From positions 1 through 47,554 of the IMG/VR virus record IMGVR_UViG_3300025671_011049: 47,554 nucleotides of DNA. One strand, given 5' to 3'. Shown here in pieces: positions 1 through 11,942 of this stretch (positions within the stretch are counted from its first letter, which is position 1; every line of letters begins with the position of its first letter). Both the position numbers and the translations under genes were made by a program. The notes beneath the pieces are model-generated. The model made no database searches and was not told the DNA's origin. It saw only the letters and a program-made list of their open reading frames with translations. Origin of the DNA: a virus (taxonomy: Duplodnaviria; Caudoviricetes).

Positions 1-74
1 TCTTATGATAGTATTAAACAATATATCAGTGAATATGAATCAATTTTAAATAAATTTCAAGAAAAATTTTTGTA

Positions 75-75
<1 letters not shown>
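1..75 (+). CDS. 3' end of an upstream hypothetical protein (partial)
   Basis: Frame 1 is open (SYDSIKQYISEYESILNKFQEKFL*); its TAA overlaps the groES ATG. Confidence 0.6.
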
Positions 76-1980
<1,905 letters not shown>

Positions 1981-1989
1981 ATTTAGATA

Positions 1990-2253
1990 ATGTCTGAATT
2001 CGAAACAGTAGAGCAGAAACAACTTATTGCCAAGCGTGTCGCCCCAGGCGACCGTTGGCAATTAGTTGGTGAAAGTACAATTCATCCTACACTAACTGAA
2101 ACATTAGAAGCATATTTTAAAAAAACACAGTTTAATGCTGCTTTTTATTTAGATCCTATTGGGAGTGCTTTGTATGCAGTTAAACGAACAGAAGTAGAAA
2201 TTAAACCAGAACCAATCAAAACATTTGACTTTTATGGAGACGGCTATCAATAA
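1990..2253 (+). CDS. Hypothetical protein
   Basis: 87-aa ORF coupled between groEL and the clamp loader. Confidence 0.7.
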   Translation: MSEFETVEQKQLIAKRVAPGDRWQLVGESTIHPTLTETLEAYFKKTQFNAAFYLDPIGSALYAVKRTEVEIKPEPIKTFDFYGDGYQ

Positions 2254-3160
2254 TTCACTTTGGGTTGAAAAATACAGGAGTCAAACCCTGGATAATTACA
2301 TAGGAAATGAACATATTAAAAGTGTTATGGCTAAGTACATAGCTGAAAATGACATGAATAATATGATTTTTTACGGCACGGCTGGTGTTGGAAAAACTAC
2401 ATTAGCAAAATTACTTGTTAATAATCTTAATTGTGATTACCTCTACATTAATGCTTCGGATGAGAGGGGAATCGAAACTATTAGGGATAAAGTATCAGGA
2501 TTTGCTAGTACTATGTCATTCAAACCACTTAAGGTAGTAATTTTAGATGAAGCCGACTTTCTTACAATTCAGGCACAGGCTTCACTTCGTAATGTTATTG
2601 AAACATTTTCTAAGAGTACACGATTTATTTTAACTTGCAACTACGTAGAACGTATTATTGATCCTCTTCAATCACGTTGTCAAGTACTTAAAATTGTACC
2701 TCCTAGTAAAGGTGAAGTAGCTAAGCATGTTTTTAAAGTATTATCTAAAGAAAATGTCCAACATAATACTGATGATTTAAAAACAATTGTAAATCAGTAC
2801 TACCCAGACGTACGTAAAATGCTTAACGTATGTCAAATGAATTCTAGAGATGGTGAGTTAGAATTAGATAAATCTACACTTGTTGCTTCTAATTATATTG
2901 ATAAAGTAATTGAATTATTGCCTAATAAAAAGTCATTTAAGCAAATTAGACAAGTAATTGCCGACTCTAATGTACAGGATTTTGAAGCATTATATAAAGC
3001 ACTATATGAACGTATAGACGAGTATACATCACGACCCGCAGAAGCAATTATTATTATTGAAGAATACATGTATCATTCAAATTTCCGAATTGACAAAGAA
3101 ATAAACATCTCAGCATGTATTGCTAAACTACTTGAAATCTCTGGAAAAGTTGTTATATAA
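2234..3160 (+). CDS. Sliding-clamp loader AAA+ subunit (RFC small subunit / T4 gp44-like)
   Basis: LWVEKYR, Walker A GTAGVGKTT, INASDERGI, Walker B ILDEAD, and the SRC motif in PLQSRC. Confidence 0.93.
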   Translation: METAINNSLWVEKYRSQTLDNYIGNEHIKSVMAKYIAENDMNNMIFYGTAGVGKTTLAKLLVNNLNCDYLYINASDERGIETIRDKVSGFASTMSFKPLKVVILDEADFLTIQAQASLRNVIETFSKSTRFILTCNYVERIIDPLQSRCQVLKIVPPSKGEVAKHVFKVLSKENVQHNTDDLKTIVNQYYPDVRKMLNVCQMNSRDGELELDKSTLVASNYIDKVIELLPNKKSFKQIRQVIADSNVQDFEALYKALYERIDEYTSRPAEAIIIIEEYMYHSNFRIDKEINISACIAKLLEISGKVVI

Positions 3161-3335
3161 AGACCTCATAGAATTTGGAGACAGAAAATTCTTATTGTAT
3201 CGTACGGTAAGGGAAACAGAAAAAATAGATGCCAACATACTTAAAGAACATTGGCATTGTGACACAGTATTAAAAAGAGACAACTTATATTATTTTTGTA
3301 ACGAAATTAAAGAAATAGATTATGCAGAAATCTGA
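3120..3335 (+). CDS. Hypothetical protein (start uncertain)
   Basis: ORF fills the gap and overlaps both neighbours. Confidence 0.6.
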   Translation: MLNYLKSLEKLLYKDLIEFGDRKFLLYRTVRETEKIDANILKEHWHCDTVLKRDNLYYFCNEIKEIDYAEI

Positions 3336-3570
3336 TATGCAACAAATGCAACAACCCCAAATTGATTTGGAAAAAACCACAATCATCCCTAATGAATCGG
3401 GAGGTGAAATTTTTAAACAAGGCTATGTACTTCGTAAAGTATCCCGTTTCATTACAGGAGGAAGTGAAGATGCAGTACTCCCTATCCCAGTATTTTATGA
3501 TGGGGCAACAAATAAGATCTTAGGAGATACTTTGCCACCTGAGATTCGAGGTGATTATGACACTATTTGA
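3322..3570 (+). CDS. Hypothetical protein
   Basis: 82-aa ORF in the operon. Confidence 0.7.
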   Translation: MQKSDMQQMQQPQIDLEKTTIIPNESGGEIFKQGYVLRKVSRFITGGSEDAVLPIPVFYDGATNKILGDTLPPEIRGDYDTI

Positions 3571-3967
3571 TTGGTTAAAAGAACTAACAGGTAAAAAACG
3601 AGATTGGGACTCCTTTTCCGATAAGGAGAAGGAGTCCTTTAATCCTTATATGGTTAATCGTTTTCTATCTATGCATCAACCCTTTATTGAGTTGGTAAAT
3701 TATGTGCAAACAATTCCTTATACTGAAAAGAAAAAATATTATACAGTATATAAGGAATTACTCCCCAAACAAAATGTTTGGTTAAAATATATCAAATCAA
3801 AAATGAAACAACCTACAACTGAATTAGTAGACGCTTTATCTAAAATTTATGAATGTTCTAAACAGGAAGCAGCAATGGCTGTTGTTACTTTAGATAATGA
3901 AGATTTAGAAGATATTTTATATAAAGCAGGTTACCAACCTGATGATGTAGCCAAAATGTTTAAGTAA
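3557..3967 (+). CDS. Clamp loader small subunit (T4 gp62-like)
   Basis: LFDWL...FNPYMVNRFLS motif and a helical protein of the right size near the gp44-like gene. Confidence 0.7.
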   Translation: MTLFDWLKELTGKKRDWDSFSDKEKESFNPYMVNRFLSMHQPFIELVNYVQTIPYTEKKKYYTVYKELLPKQNVWLKYIKSKMKQPTTELVDALSKIYECSKQEAAMAVVTLDNEDLEDILYKAGYQPDDVAKMFK

Positions 3968-4608
3968 TGGAAACTTTTTATGACATAGGATTAAATAAAA
4001 CTGATAAAGTTTATCATCATAGGTATGATAGATTTTATCCTACTTTTTTAGAACCTTTAAGAAACCAAAAGTTTAATATGTTAGAAATAGGTATTGATCA
4101 ATTAGGTTCTTTAGAATTATGGAAAGAATATTTCCCCAAAGCTTATATTTATGGAGCTGATATTGGGGTAGAATATAAAGACGAAAGAAGTAAAGTATTT
4201 AAGGTAGACCAAAGTAATGATCATGATCTTCAATTCCTTGTAGATAATATCCCACCATGTAAGTTTATTATTGATGATGGAAGTCATCATCCTTATCACC
4301 AATATTTAACTTTTATAAAATTATTCCCAAATCTTTTAGAAGAGGGGGGAGTTTATATTGTTGAAGATATTGAATGTAATTATTGGAGGCCTGATACTTC
4401 TCTTTATGGGTATAATATGGGTTATTTTAATTTTATAGATTGGGTAAAGGGTAAAATTAATTATGTTAATTCTGAATTTGCTAAAATTAAGAATGATTTA
4501 AATATATCTTCTATTACATTTGCTCAAAATTGTATTATTTTTACCAAAACTAAAGTTGAAGATATCCCAACACAAAATCGACAATATAGACTATGGACAG
4601 TATTGTAA
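3967..4608 (+). CDS. Class I SAM-dependent (sugar O-)methyltransferase
   Basis: TDK...MLEIGI, IYGADI, IIDDGSH, GGVYIVED; pattern of TylE/MycE-like sugar O-methyltransferases. Confidence 0.8.
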   Translation: METFYDIGLNKTDKVYHHRYDRFYPTFLEPLRNQKFNMLEIGIDQLGSLELWKEYFPKAYIYGADIGVEYKDERSKVFKVDQSNDHDLQFLVDNIPPCKFIIDDGSHHPYHQYLTFIKLFPNLLEEGGVYIVEDIECNYWRPDTSLYGYNMGYFNFIDWVKGKINYVNSEFAKIKNDLNISSITFAQNCIIFTKTKVEDIPTQNRQYRLWTVL

Positions 4609-4784
4609 AATCAGTTATTGAACAATTCACTACACGAGCAGAGTTTGGTGAAAAAAAGTATGGTGTTAATCTTGATAGAGAAGATTTAAAATTTCATGAA
4701 TGGGTAACTCATATGAAAGAGGAGCTTATGGATGCTATACTTTATTTAGAAAAATTAGAAAAAATACATAATGAAAGACTTTAA
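4593..4784 (+). CDS. Small conserved phage protein, possibly MazG-like all-alpha fold
   Basis: GEKKYG...HMKEELMDAILYLEK (EExxD). Confidence 0.55.
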   Translation: MDSIVKSVIEQFTTRAEFGEKKYGVNLDREDLKFHEWVTHMKEELMDAILYLEKLEKIHNERL

Positions 4785-5562
4785 TCAGGCTTATGTATCT
4801 AGTGTTCTTTCACAATATTTTAAAAAAGATTTTTTAAAAAGGTGGGATCTTAAAGAATACACATCCCCCTTAGAACCTGCTGTATTTTTAGGGTTATATA
4901 CTCCTGAAGATATTGCTTGTTTTAAAAATCATAAATCTTATAAAATTTTATATTTTGGTGGAGGTGATTGTATTTCTTCTCACTTAGAATTAGTAAAAAA
5001 TACTCCTAATGTAGTGTGTATAGGGTATGGAGGGGACTGGTTATATAAAAAACTTGATGAGTATAATATTCCTTATACTTCTACTAGAATTGTACTAAAA
5101 GACTATAGTGAATTTAATCCTAGTCCTTTAGGAGAAAATATCTATGTTTATAAAGGAATACATGGAAATAGACCTGATTATTTTAAATGGAATGAGATTG
5201 TAGAACCTTTACAATACGTTTTTGGAAAAGACAGAATTATTTTTACAGAATTTACTCCCATAAACGACCTTATAAAAAACTATTATGAAGATTGTTTTAT
5301 ATATGTAAAACCCAACGAAAAAGGAGGGAGTACAGCTATGGTAGAATTAGGTTACATGGGAAGAAAAACTATAACACTAGGTCATTCAAACTTTTCTAAC
5401 TGTTTAGAATATCAATCTTTAGATGATATAATAAATTTAATAGTTAAAGAATCTAATAAAATAGGTACAACTCAACCCCAAGTAGCTGAAAAATTGAATT
5501 CTATGTTTGACCATGAAGGGAAATGGTTAAATATAAACCACTATAATAATTGGAATGTCTAA
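4771..5562 (+). CDS. Glycosyltransferase-like protein (GT-B-like)
   Basis: C-terminal KPNEKGGSTAMVELGYMGRKTI resembles the GT-B nucleotide-sugar binding segment. Confidence 0.5.
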   Translation: MKDFNQAYVSSVLSQYFKKDFLKRWDLKEYTSPLEPAVFLGLYTPEDIACFKNHKSYKILYFGGGDCISSHLELVKNTPNVVCIGYGGDWLYKKLDEYNIPYTSTRIVLKDYSEFNPSPLGENIYVYKGIHGNRPDYFKWNEIVEPLQYVFGKDRIIFTEFTPINDLIKNYYEDCFIYVKPNEKGGSTAMVELGYMGRKTITLGHSNFSNCLEYQSLDDIINLIVKESNKIGTTQPQVAEKLNSMFDHEGKWLNINHYNNWNV

Positions 5563-6490
5563 AAAACCTCAAATACTTAAGGAAATACAAAATAAGGAAT
5601 TACCTGAGGTAAATTACGCTTACCAAAAGACAATCTCTTACTCACAAATGTCAATGTATAGAAGTTGCCCCCACAAGTGGGCACTCCAATACAAAGAAGG
5701 ACATTATGATGATTCTCCTTCAATCCATTTTACTTTTGGTACTTCAATGCACGAAGTAATCCAAGACTGGCTTACTGTATTGTACGAAGAGTCAGGTGCT
5801 AAAGCCGATTTAATCAACTTAGAAGAACAATTCCAAGAAAAATTTATCAATCTATACCAAGAATCATACAAAAAGAATAACAATACCCACTATTCATCAC
5901 CAGAAGAATTAAGGGAATTTTTTGAAGATGGAGTAGCAATACTTGATTTTATTAAGAAAAAACGAAACCAGTATTTTAGCAAACGTGGTTGGCATCTTGC
6001 AGGTATCGAATTACCAATTGTGATGAACGTTGGTAGAAATTTGATGTACAAGGGTTTTATTGATTTAGTATTATACCATGAACCTACAAACAAATTTCAT
6101 ATTTACGATATAAAAACGTCTACTCGGGGATGGGGTGATAAAGCTAAAAAGGACGAAACTAAACAAATGCAGTTAGTTCTTTATAAAAAGTTTTTTAATG
6201 AGCAATATGGAATCCCACTTGAAAACATAGAAGTGGAATTTTTTATTGTACGCAGAAAAATTTGGGAAAATAGTGATTATCCAATCCATAGAGTACAATT
6301 ACATAAACCTGCAGCAGGACGTAATAAACTTAGTAAAGCTAATAAAATATTAGACGAATTTATTAGTGAATGTTTTACTCCTAAGGGTAAGTACCAAGAA
6401 AAAGAACACCCTAAAGTAGTGTCAAGATTATGTGATTGGTGTCCCTTCAATGATAACGATAAATTATGTAATAAACACATATCTTCTTGA
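5555..6490 (+). CDS. PD-(D/E)XK nuclease (RecB/Cas4-like exonuclease)
   Basis: ISYSQ..CP, FGTSMH, GFIDL, IYDIKTS, QLVLY and C-terminal CDWCPF..C Fe-S-type cysteines. Confidence 0.88.
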   Translation: MSKKPQILKEIQNKELPEVNYAYQKTISYSQMSMYRSCPHKWALQYKEGHYDDSPSIHFTFGTSMHEVIQDWLTVLYEESGAKADLINLEEQFQEKFINLYQESYKKNNNTHYSSPEELREFFEDGVAILDFIKKKRNQYFSKRGWHLAGIELPIVMNVGRNLMYKGFIDLVLYHEPTNKFHIYDIKTSTRGWGDKAKKDETKQMQLVLYKKFFNEQYGIPLENIEVEFFIVRRKIWENSDYPIHRVQLHKPAAGRNKLSKANKILDEFISECFTPKGKYQEKEHPKVVSRLCDWCPFNDNDKLCNKHISS

Positions 6491-6524
6491 TCTTGCGAAT
6501 ATTTATCTACAAATATACAATATT

Positions 6525-6710
6525 ATGAGTAAAAAAGATTTAACATTAACAAGCGTAAAGATCCAAAGCGATCTATTCGAAGAATTCAAAGTAGCATGTG
6601 TTAGACATAAGTTTTCGTTTCAAAAACTTGCCGACCGAGCTATTCATTTGTATCTTACAGACGAGGACTTTAAACGACAAATCCACAACCACAACAATAT
6701 AGAATTGTAA
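6525..6710 (+). CDS. Small DNA-binding protein (ribbon-helix-helix-like)
   Basis: LTSVKI strand followed by two helices; ATG 6525 lies downstream of an ATATTTAT motif. Confidence 0.55.
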   Translation: MSKKDLTLTSVKIQSDLFEEFKVACVRHKFSFQKLADRAIHLYLTDEDFKRQIHNHNNIEL

Positions 6711-6718
6711 AAAATTAA

Positions 6719-8152
6719 ATGAAAAAAGGTTATATTCCAAAAGATCAACGAAAGAAAATTTTGTTGATGTGCGATGATATTAGAACCCACTCCGGGATTG
6801 GAACCATTGCTAAAGAAATAGTAATACATACAGCACACCACTTTAATTATGTAAATGTAGGCGCTGCTATTCAACATCCCGAAGCTGGAAAGCGACTAGA
6901 TTTAAGTGAAAGCACAAACCAAGAAGCAGGAATTGACGATGCTTCAGTAGTTATCTATCCTTCTAATGGTTATGGATCCCCCGATTTAGTACGTCAAATG
7001 ATTGCAACTGAAAAACCGGACGCAATTTTTATTATAACTGATCCTAGATATTGGACTTGGTTATTTCAAATGGAAGCTGAAATTCGTAAAAAAATCCCTA
7101 TTGTTTATTTAAATATTTGGGATGATTATCCTGCTCCTCGTTACAACGAAGCATTCTATGAATCATGTGACTTGTTAATGGGTATTTCTAAACAAACCGT
7201 TAATATTAACAAAATTGTATTAGGTAAAAAAGCAAAGGATCGTATTATTGAATATGTTCCTCATGGTTTAAATCACAATAAATTTTTACCTTTAGAAAAA
7301 GATAATCCTGAATTAGTAAAGTTTAAAAAGAACTTATTTAAGGATAAAGAATATGATTTTGTAGCTTTTTATAATTCTAGAAATATTAGACGTAAACAAG
7401 TCCCTGATACTATTTGGGCGTTTACTCAATTTGTAGATAAATTACCTCTAGAAAAAGCCAAAAAATGTGCTTTAGTTCTCCATACTCAAGCTGTTGACCC
7501 TAATGGTACTGATTTACCAGCGGTAATTGATATGCTTTGTGGGGATAATGAAAGATATAACGTTATCCTACATGAAGATAAATTGGATGTAGAACAAATG
7601 AACCTACTTTATAATAGTACAGATGTTCAAATCCAATTAACTTCTAACGAGGGTTGGGGGTTAAGTTTAACTGAAGCTATGTTAGCAGGAAATCCAATTA
7701 TCGCTAATGTTACAGGTGGTATGCAAGACCAAATGCGTTTTGAAACCAAAAAGGGTACTTGGATTGAATTTGATGAATTATTCCCCTCAAATCATAGAGG
7801 TACTTTTAGAAAATGTGGACCTTGGGCATTTCCAGTATTTCCAACAAGCATTTCAATTGTGGGTTCACCCCCAACTCCTTATATTTTTGATGATAGATGT
7901 GAAGCTAGTGATGCTGCTAATCAACTTTTAGAAGTTTATAACTTAGACCCTAAAGTTAGAAAATCATTTGGGTTAATGGGAAGAACATGGGCTATAGGAA
8001 ATGAAGCAGGATTTACAGCTGAACGTCAAGGTGAAAGAGTTATAGAAAATATAGAAAAACTATTTGAAACTTGGAAACCACGAGTTAAATATGAGTTGGT
8101 TAAATCAACTCCACTTAAGAAAAAAGTTACACAACACAATTTAGCATATTAA
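6719..8152 (+). CDS. Glycosyltransferase family 4 (GT-B)
   Basis: HSGIG, VPHG, RNIRRKQ, EGWGLSLTEAMLAGNPII. Confidence 0.9.
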   Translation: MKKGYIPKDQRKKILLMCDDIRTHSGIGTIAKEIVIHTAHHFNYVNVGAAIQHPEAGKRLDLSESTNQEAGIDDASVVIYPSNGYGSPDLVRQMIATEKPDAIFIITDPRYWTWLFQMEAEIRKKIPIVYLNIWDDYPAPRYNEAFYESCDLLMGISKQTVNINKIVLGKKAKDRIIEYVPHGLNHNKFLPLEKDNPELVKFKKNLFKDKEYDFVAFYNSRNIRRKQVPDTIWAFTQFVDKLPLEKAKKCALVLHTQAVDPNGTDLPAVIDMLCGDNERYNVILHEDKLDVEQMNLLYNSTDVQIQLTSNEGWGLSLTEAMLAGNPIIANVTGGMQDQMRFETKKGTWIEFDELFPSNHRGTFRKCGPWAFPVFPTSISIVGSPPTPYIFDDRCEASDAANQLLEVYNLDPKVRKSFGLMGRTWAIGNEAGFTAERQGERVIENIEKLFETWKPRVKYELVKSTPLKKKVTQHNLAY

Positions 8153-9450
8153 TGAAACCGATGTTTATAGTAAGCTGTCCGATTGACACGTACAGCGGTT
8201 ATGGGGCAAGAGCTAGAGACTTTGTAAAAGCTCTTATTGAATTAGATGAATACGATGTAAAAATTTTACCCCAAAGATGGGGTCAAACACCTTGGGGTTT
8301 TATCGAAGACCATTCTGAGTGGCACTTTTTACAACCTCACCTTTTACCTATAGGAAATCAATTACCTAAGCAACCTGAAATCTGGTGCCAGATAACTGTA
8401 CCAAACGAGTTCCAACCTGTAGGGAAATTTAACATTGGATTAACAGCCGGCATTGAAACTACAGGATGTCACCCTACATGGATAGAGGGGTGTAATAGAA
8501 TGGATTTAATATTAACTTCATCTACCCATAGTAAAAAAATATTTGAAACTATTAAGTTTGAACAAAGAAATCAACAAACTAATCAAGTAGTAGGAGAATA
8601 TGGACTACAAAAACCTATTGAAGTGTTAATTGAAGGTGCTAATCTAGATACTTATCAACCTAAAAAATCAACCTTTGATTTAAGCCAAATTGAAGAAGAT
8701 TTTGCTTACTTATTTGTAGGACATTGGATGCAAGGAAACATAGGCCACGATAGAAAAAATGTAGGTTTACTTGTAAGATTATTTTTTGAAGCATTTAAAA
8801 ATAAAAAGAAAACACCCGCTTTAATCCTAAAAACCTCTACAGTAGGAACTTCTTATATGGATAGAAATGAGATTCTTAAACGAATTGACATAATTAGAAA
8901 TTCTGTAGAAGATGCTAGAACTTTACCTAATATTTATTTACTTCAAGGTGAGTTTACTGATGAAGAAATGAATGAAATTTATACTCATAATAAAGTTAAA
9001 GCTATGATTAATTTAACTAAAGGTGAAGGATTTGGTCGTCCACTTTTAGAATTTAGTTTAACTAAAAAACCAATTATTACTACAAATTGGAGTGGTCACA
9101 CTGATTTTCTTAATAAAGAATTCACTACCTTACTCCCAGGTGAAATTCATCAATTAGATGACAGTTCAGTAGTAAAAGATGTATTAATGAAAGAATTTCA
9201 ATGGTTTGGAGTAGACCATACAGCATCAATTATGGCTATAAGAGATGTATTTACTAATTATAAAAATTATAAAGAAAAAGCAACTCGCCAAGCATATAAA
9301 AGCCGAACAGAATTTAGTTTTGAAAAAATGGTAGATCAACTAAAGGAATACCTTATCCAATATGTGCCCGAATTTCCTAAAGAAGTTAAGTTAGAACTCC
9401 CTAAATTAAATTTACCTAAACTTAAAAAAATAGAAAATGCAGAAGGATAA
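8152..9450 (+). CDS. Glycosyltransferase family 4 (GT-B)
   Basis: SGYG, DRKNVG, GEGFGRPLLEF, TNWSGH. Confidence 0.9.
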   Translation: MKPMFIVSCPIDTYSGYGARARDFVKALIELDEYDVKILPQRWGQTPWGFIEDHSEWHFLQPHLLPIGNQLPKQPEIWCQITVPNEFQPVGKFNIGLTAGIETTGCHPTWIEGCNRMDLILTSSTHSKKIFETIKFEQRNQQTNQVVGEYGLQKPIEVLIEGANLDTYQPKKSTFDLSQIEEDFAYLFVGHWMQGNIGHDRKNVGLLVRLFFEAFKNKKKTPALILKTSTVGTSYMDRNEILKRIDIIRNSVEDARTLPNIYLLQGEFTDEEMNEIYTHNKVKAMINLTKGEGFGRPLLEFSLTKKPIITTNWSGHTDFLNKEFTTLLPGEIHQLDDSSVVKDVLMKEFQWFGVDHTASIMAIRDVFTNYKNYKEKATRQAYKSRTEFSFEKMVDQLKEYLIQYVPEFPKEVKLELPKLNLPKLKKIENAEG

Positions 9451-9886
9451 TTTAGGAATATGCCCCCGCTGTGGGAGTGACGCTTGTTACGAAAACAATT
9501 TAGGAGCAGACTATAAAGTTTACCAGTGTTATGGATGTGGTTTTACTACTAATACTTTAATGACTGAAGATAGTGAATTTTTAGAAGAACAATTAGAAGT
9601 ACTCCCTGAACTTTACAAAGATTTAGTTTATGTTGATGAAAGTGGATTAAATTGGATTCCTTCTACAATTAATATTGAAAACAAAGGAATGATTTTTATT
9701 CAAGGTAAATCTACTGAAGATTGGAATTGGGTAGCTTGCCCCGCTAAAGAACTTACTGAAGAAGAAAAATCAAATTTTCCTGAAGATGCTACTTACAAAA
9801 TGGATATGAAAAACGCTTCTTATTTTAAAGAGCGTGATTTTATAGAAGCTATGGATTATATTGGCATGTTTGAAGTAAATGAATAA
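9437..9886 (+). CDS. Zinc-ribbon protein
   Basis: CPRC...CYGC. Confidence 0.7.
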   Translation: MQKDNLGICPRCGSDACYENNLGADYKVYQCYGCGFTTNTLMTEDSEFLEEQLEVLPELYKDLVYVDESGLNWIPSTINIENKGMIFIQGKSTEDWNWVACPAKELTEEEKSNFPEDATYKMDMKNASYFKERDFIEAMDYIGMFEVNE

Positions 9887-10509
9887 TGACAATAAGCTAC
9901 GCTATACCAGTATGTAATGAATGGTTAGAGTTAGAATCCCTCTTAAATAGTTTATTTAAACGTAAACGTGAACAAGATGAAATTGTAGTACAATGTGATA
10001 AAGGAAATACTACTCCTAGTGTGTATCAAGTATTACAAACATTTGATTCTTATTCTAATTTTAAGGTAGTGGAATTCCCATTAAATGGGGATTTCGCTAC
10101 TTTTAAAAATAATCTTAAAAAACATTGTTCTGGGGATTATATTTTTCAAGTTGATGCTGATGAACAATTAGGGGAGATGTTAACTGATAACGTTCCTAAT
10201 ATAATAGAATCAAATCCTCACAATGAAGTCTATTTAGTTCCTAGAGTTAATACTGTAAAGGGATTAACCCAAGAACACATTCAAAAATGGGGGTGGAATG
10301 TAAATGAAAAAGGATGGGTTAATTGGCCCGATTATCAATGGCGCATATTAAAAAATATCCCTGAAATTAAATGGGTGAATAAAGTTCATGAACGTTTAGA
10401 AGGATTTAAAACCTATGCTCCATTCCCAGAAATGGAAGATTTAGCTTTAAAACATCCTAAAGATATTAAGCGTCAAGAAAAACAAAACGAATTTTATAAT
10501 AAACTATGA
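9886..10509 (+). CDS. Glycosyltransferase family 2
   Basis: ISYAIPVCNE, DxD in QVDADE, WPDYQWR, KVHE. Confidence 0.9.
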   Translation: MTISYAIPVCNEWLELESLLNSLFKRKREQDEIVVQCDKGNTTPSVYQVLQTFDSYSNFKVVEFPLNGDFATFKNNLKKHCSGDYIFQVDADEQLGEMLTDNVPNIIESNPHNEVYLVPRVNTVKGLTQEHIQKWGWNVNEKGWVNWPDYQWRILKNIPEIKWVNKVHERLEGFKTYAPFPEMEDLALKHPKDIKRQEKQNEFYNKL

Positions 10510-11300
10510 ATAAACTTTTAATCTATATAGTATCATATGAAAGAAAATCATACACTCAGGGTACTGTAGAATTAATACATAAATTAAAACCTGAAAATTC
10601 CCAAATTATAGTTTGTGATAATGGTTCTACTGACGGTACTAGAGAGTGGTTAGAAGAAAACCAAGATAAATATGAATTAGGGCTTATATTTCCTGATAAA
10701 AATTTAAGAGTGGGAGGAGCTTGGACTTTACTTACTAATTATTTTAAAGAAGATGCTTTTGATTATATTCTTCTTTTAGATAATGATGGGTGGATCCTTC
10801 CTAAAGAAGAAAATTGGTATGAACAATGTTTAGAATTGTTTAATTCTGACCCAAAGATAGGATCTTTAGGTCTTCAACAAGAAAGAAACCCTGGTTATTT
10901 TTCAATGGGGAAAACTTTTGATCCTAACTTTAACAATAAATTTACTTTTAATAACTTTGAAGCATATGATACTGTATTTTATGCTGCTTTTAGATTAGAT
11001 AAATTTCCTTTATGGTATAATACTATGAAAAATTGGCCCCATCAGTTCATAGGAGATAAAATAGGAAGACACTATAATTCTTTAGGATATAGAACTCTTA
11101 AGATAACACCAGGATTTATAGTAGATGTATCTGAATATAATTTTGATAATGAAGAACATAAAAAATATAATATAGATTTTTATAAAAAAGAACGAACAGA
11201 AGAAGGATTTCAAAGACGTTTAAATGCTCATTCTACTTCTACAAAAGAAAAAAACTATATTGAATCTCACTTTGGTAAAAAATATTTAAATTTTTTATAA
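10506..11300 (+). CDS. Glycosyltransferase family 2
   Basis: IIVCDNGSTDGT, LLLDND. Confidence 0.85.
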   Translation: MNKLLIYIVSYERKSYTQGTVELIHKLKPENSQIIVCDNGSTDGTREWLEENQDKYELGLIFPDKNLRVGGAWTLLTNYFKEDAFDYILLLDNDGWILPKEENWYEQCLELFNSDPKIGSLGLQQERNPGYFSMGKTFDPNFNNKFTFNNFEAYDTVFYAAFRLDKFPLWYNTMKNWPHQFIGDKIGRHYNSLGYRTLKITPGFIVDVSEYNFDNEEHKKYNIDFYKKERTEEGFQRRLNAHSTSTKEKNYIESHFGKKYLNFL

Positions 11301-11942
11301 ATGGCAAACGGTGTATATAAAATAACAGATGAATTTGAACATCAATTAGCAGATTATACAGGAGCTAAGTATGTTGTAACTGTAGATAATATGTCTAATG
11401 CTTTGTTTTTATCGTTATATTACGAAAATCATGTTAAAAAAAGCATTAATGGTAAAGTAAGCATACCATGTAGGACCTACCCATCCGTTCCCTGTGAAAT
11501 CATCCACGCAGGACTTAAAGTAGAGTTTGAACCTGTTAAAGGTAAAACTATAAAGGGTATGTATCAATTAAAAGGTAGTAATGTATGGGATTCAGCACTT
11601 ACTTTTACAGCAGACATGTATAAAAAGGGTCAACATGTATGCATTTCATTTACAGGACCATATAAACATTTTAAATTGAGTAAAGGTGGTGCTATTTTAA
11701 CTGACAGCTTAGAAGCTTATCATTGGTTTAAAAGAGCAAGATATAGTGGAAGACGAGAATGCTCATACCATGATGATAATTTAGACATGCTAGGTTGGAA
11801 TTTTTATATGATGCCTGAGTTAGCAGCAAGAGGTTCACTATTAATGGGGCAATTTTATAATTTAGACGGAACAAAAAAACATAATCAAGATTTGGAGCTT
11901 CCATATCCAGACCTAAGTCAGTTTAAAGTTTACCAACAATGA
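11301..11942 (+). CDS. DegT/DnrJ/EryC1/StrS-family PLP aminotransferase (short form)
   Basis: FE..LADYTGAKY, DSA, SFTGPYKHF (PLP lysine), GGAILT, GWNFYM; only 213 aa. Confidence 0.85.
   Translation: MANGVYKITDEFEHQLADYTGAKYVVTVDNMSNALFLSLYYENHVKKSINGKVSIPCRTYPSVPCEIIHAGLKVEFEPVKGKTIKGMYQLKGSNVWDSALTFTADMYKKGQHVCISFTGPYKHFKLSKGGAILTDSLEAYHWFKRARYSGRRECSYHDDNLDMLGWNFYMMPELAARGSLLMGQFYNLDGTKKHNQDLELPYPDLSQFKVYQQ

Noticed and set aside
5555-6490. Cas4-like nuclease as evidence of a CRISPR system
   Set aside because: No repeat-spacer array or other cas genes are present; solo PD-(D/E)XK nucleases are common in phage replication modules.
7707-7931. Alternative-frame + strand ORF inside the GT4 gene (likewise 24073..24288)
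   Set aside because: They overlap better-supported genes and have no independent start signals or motifs.
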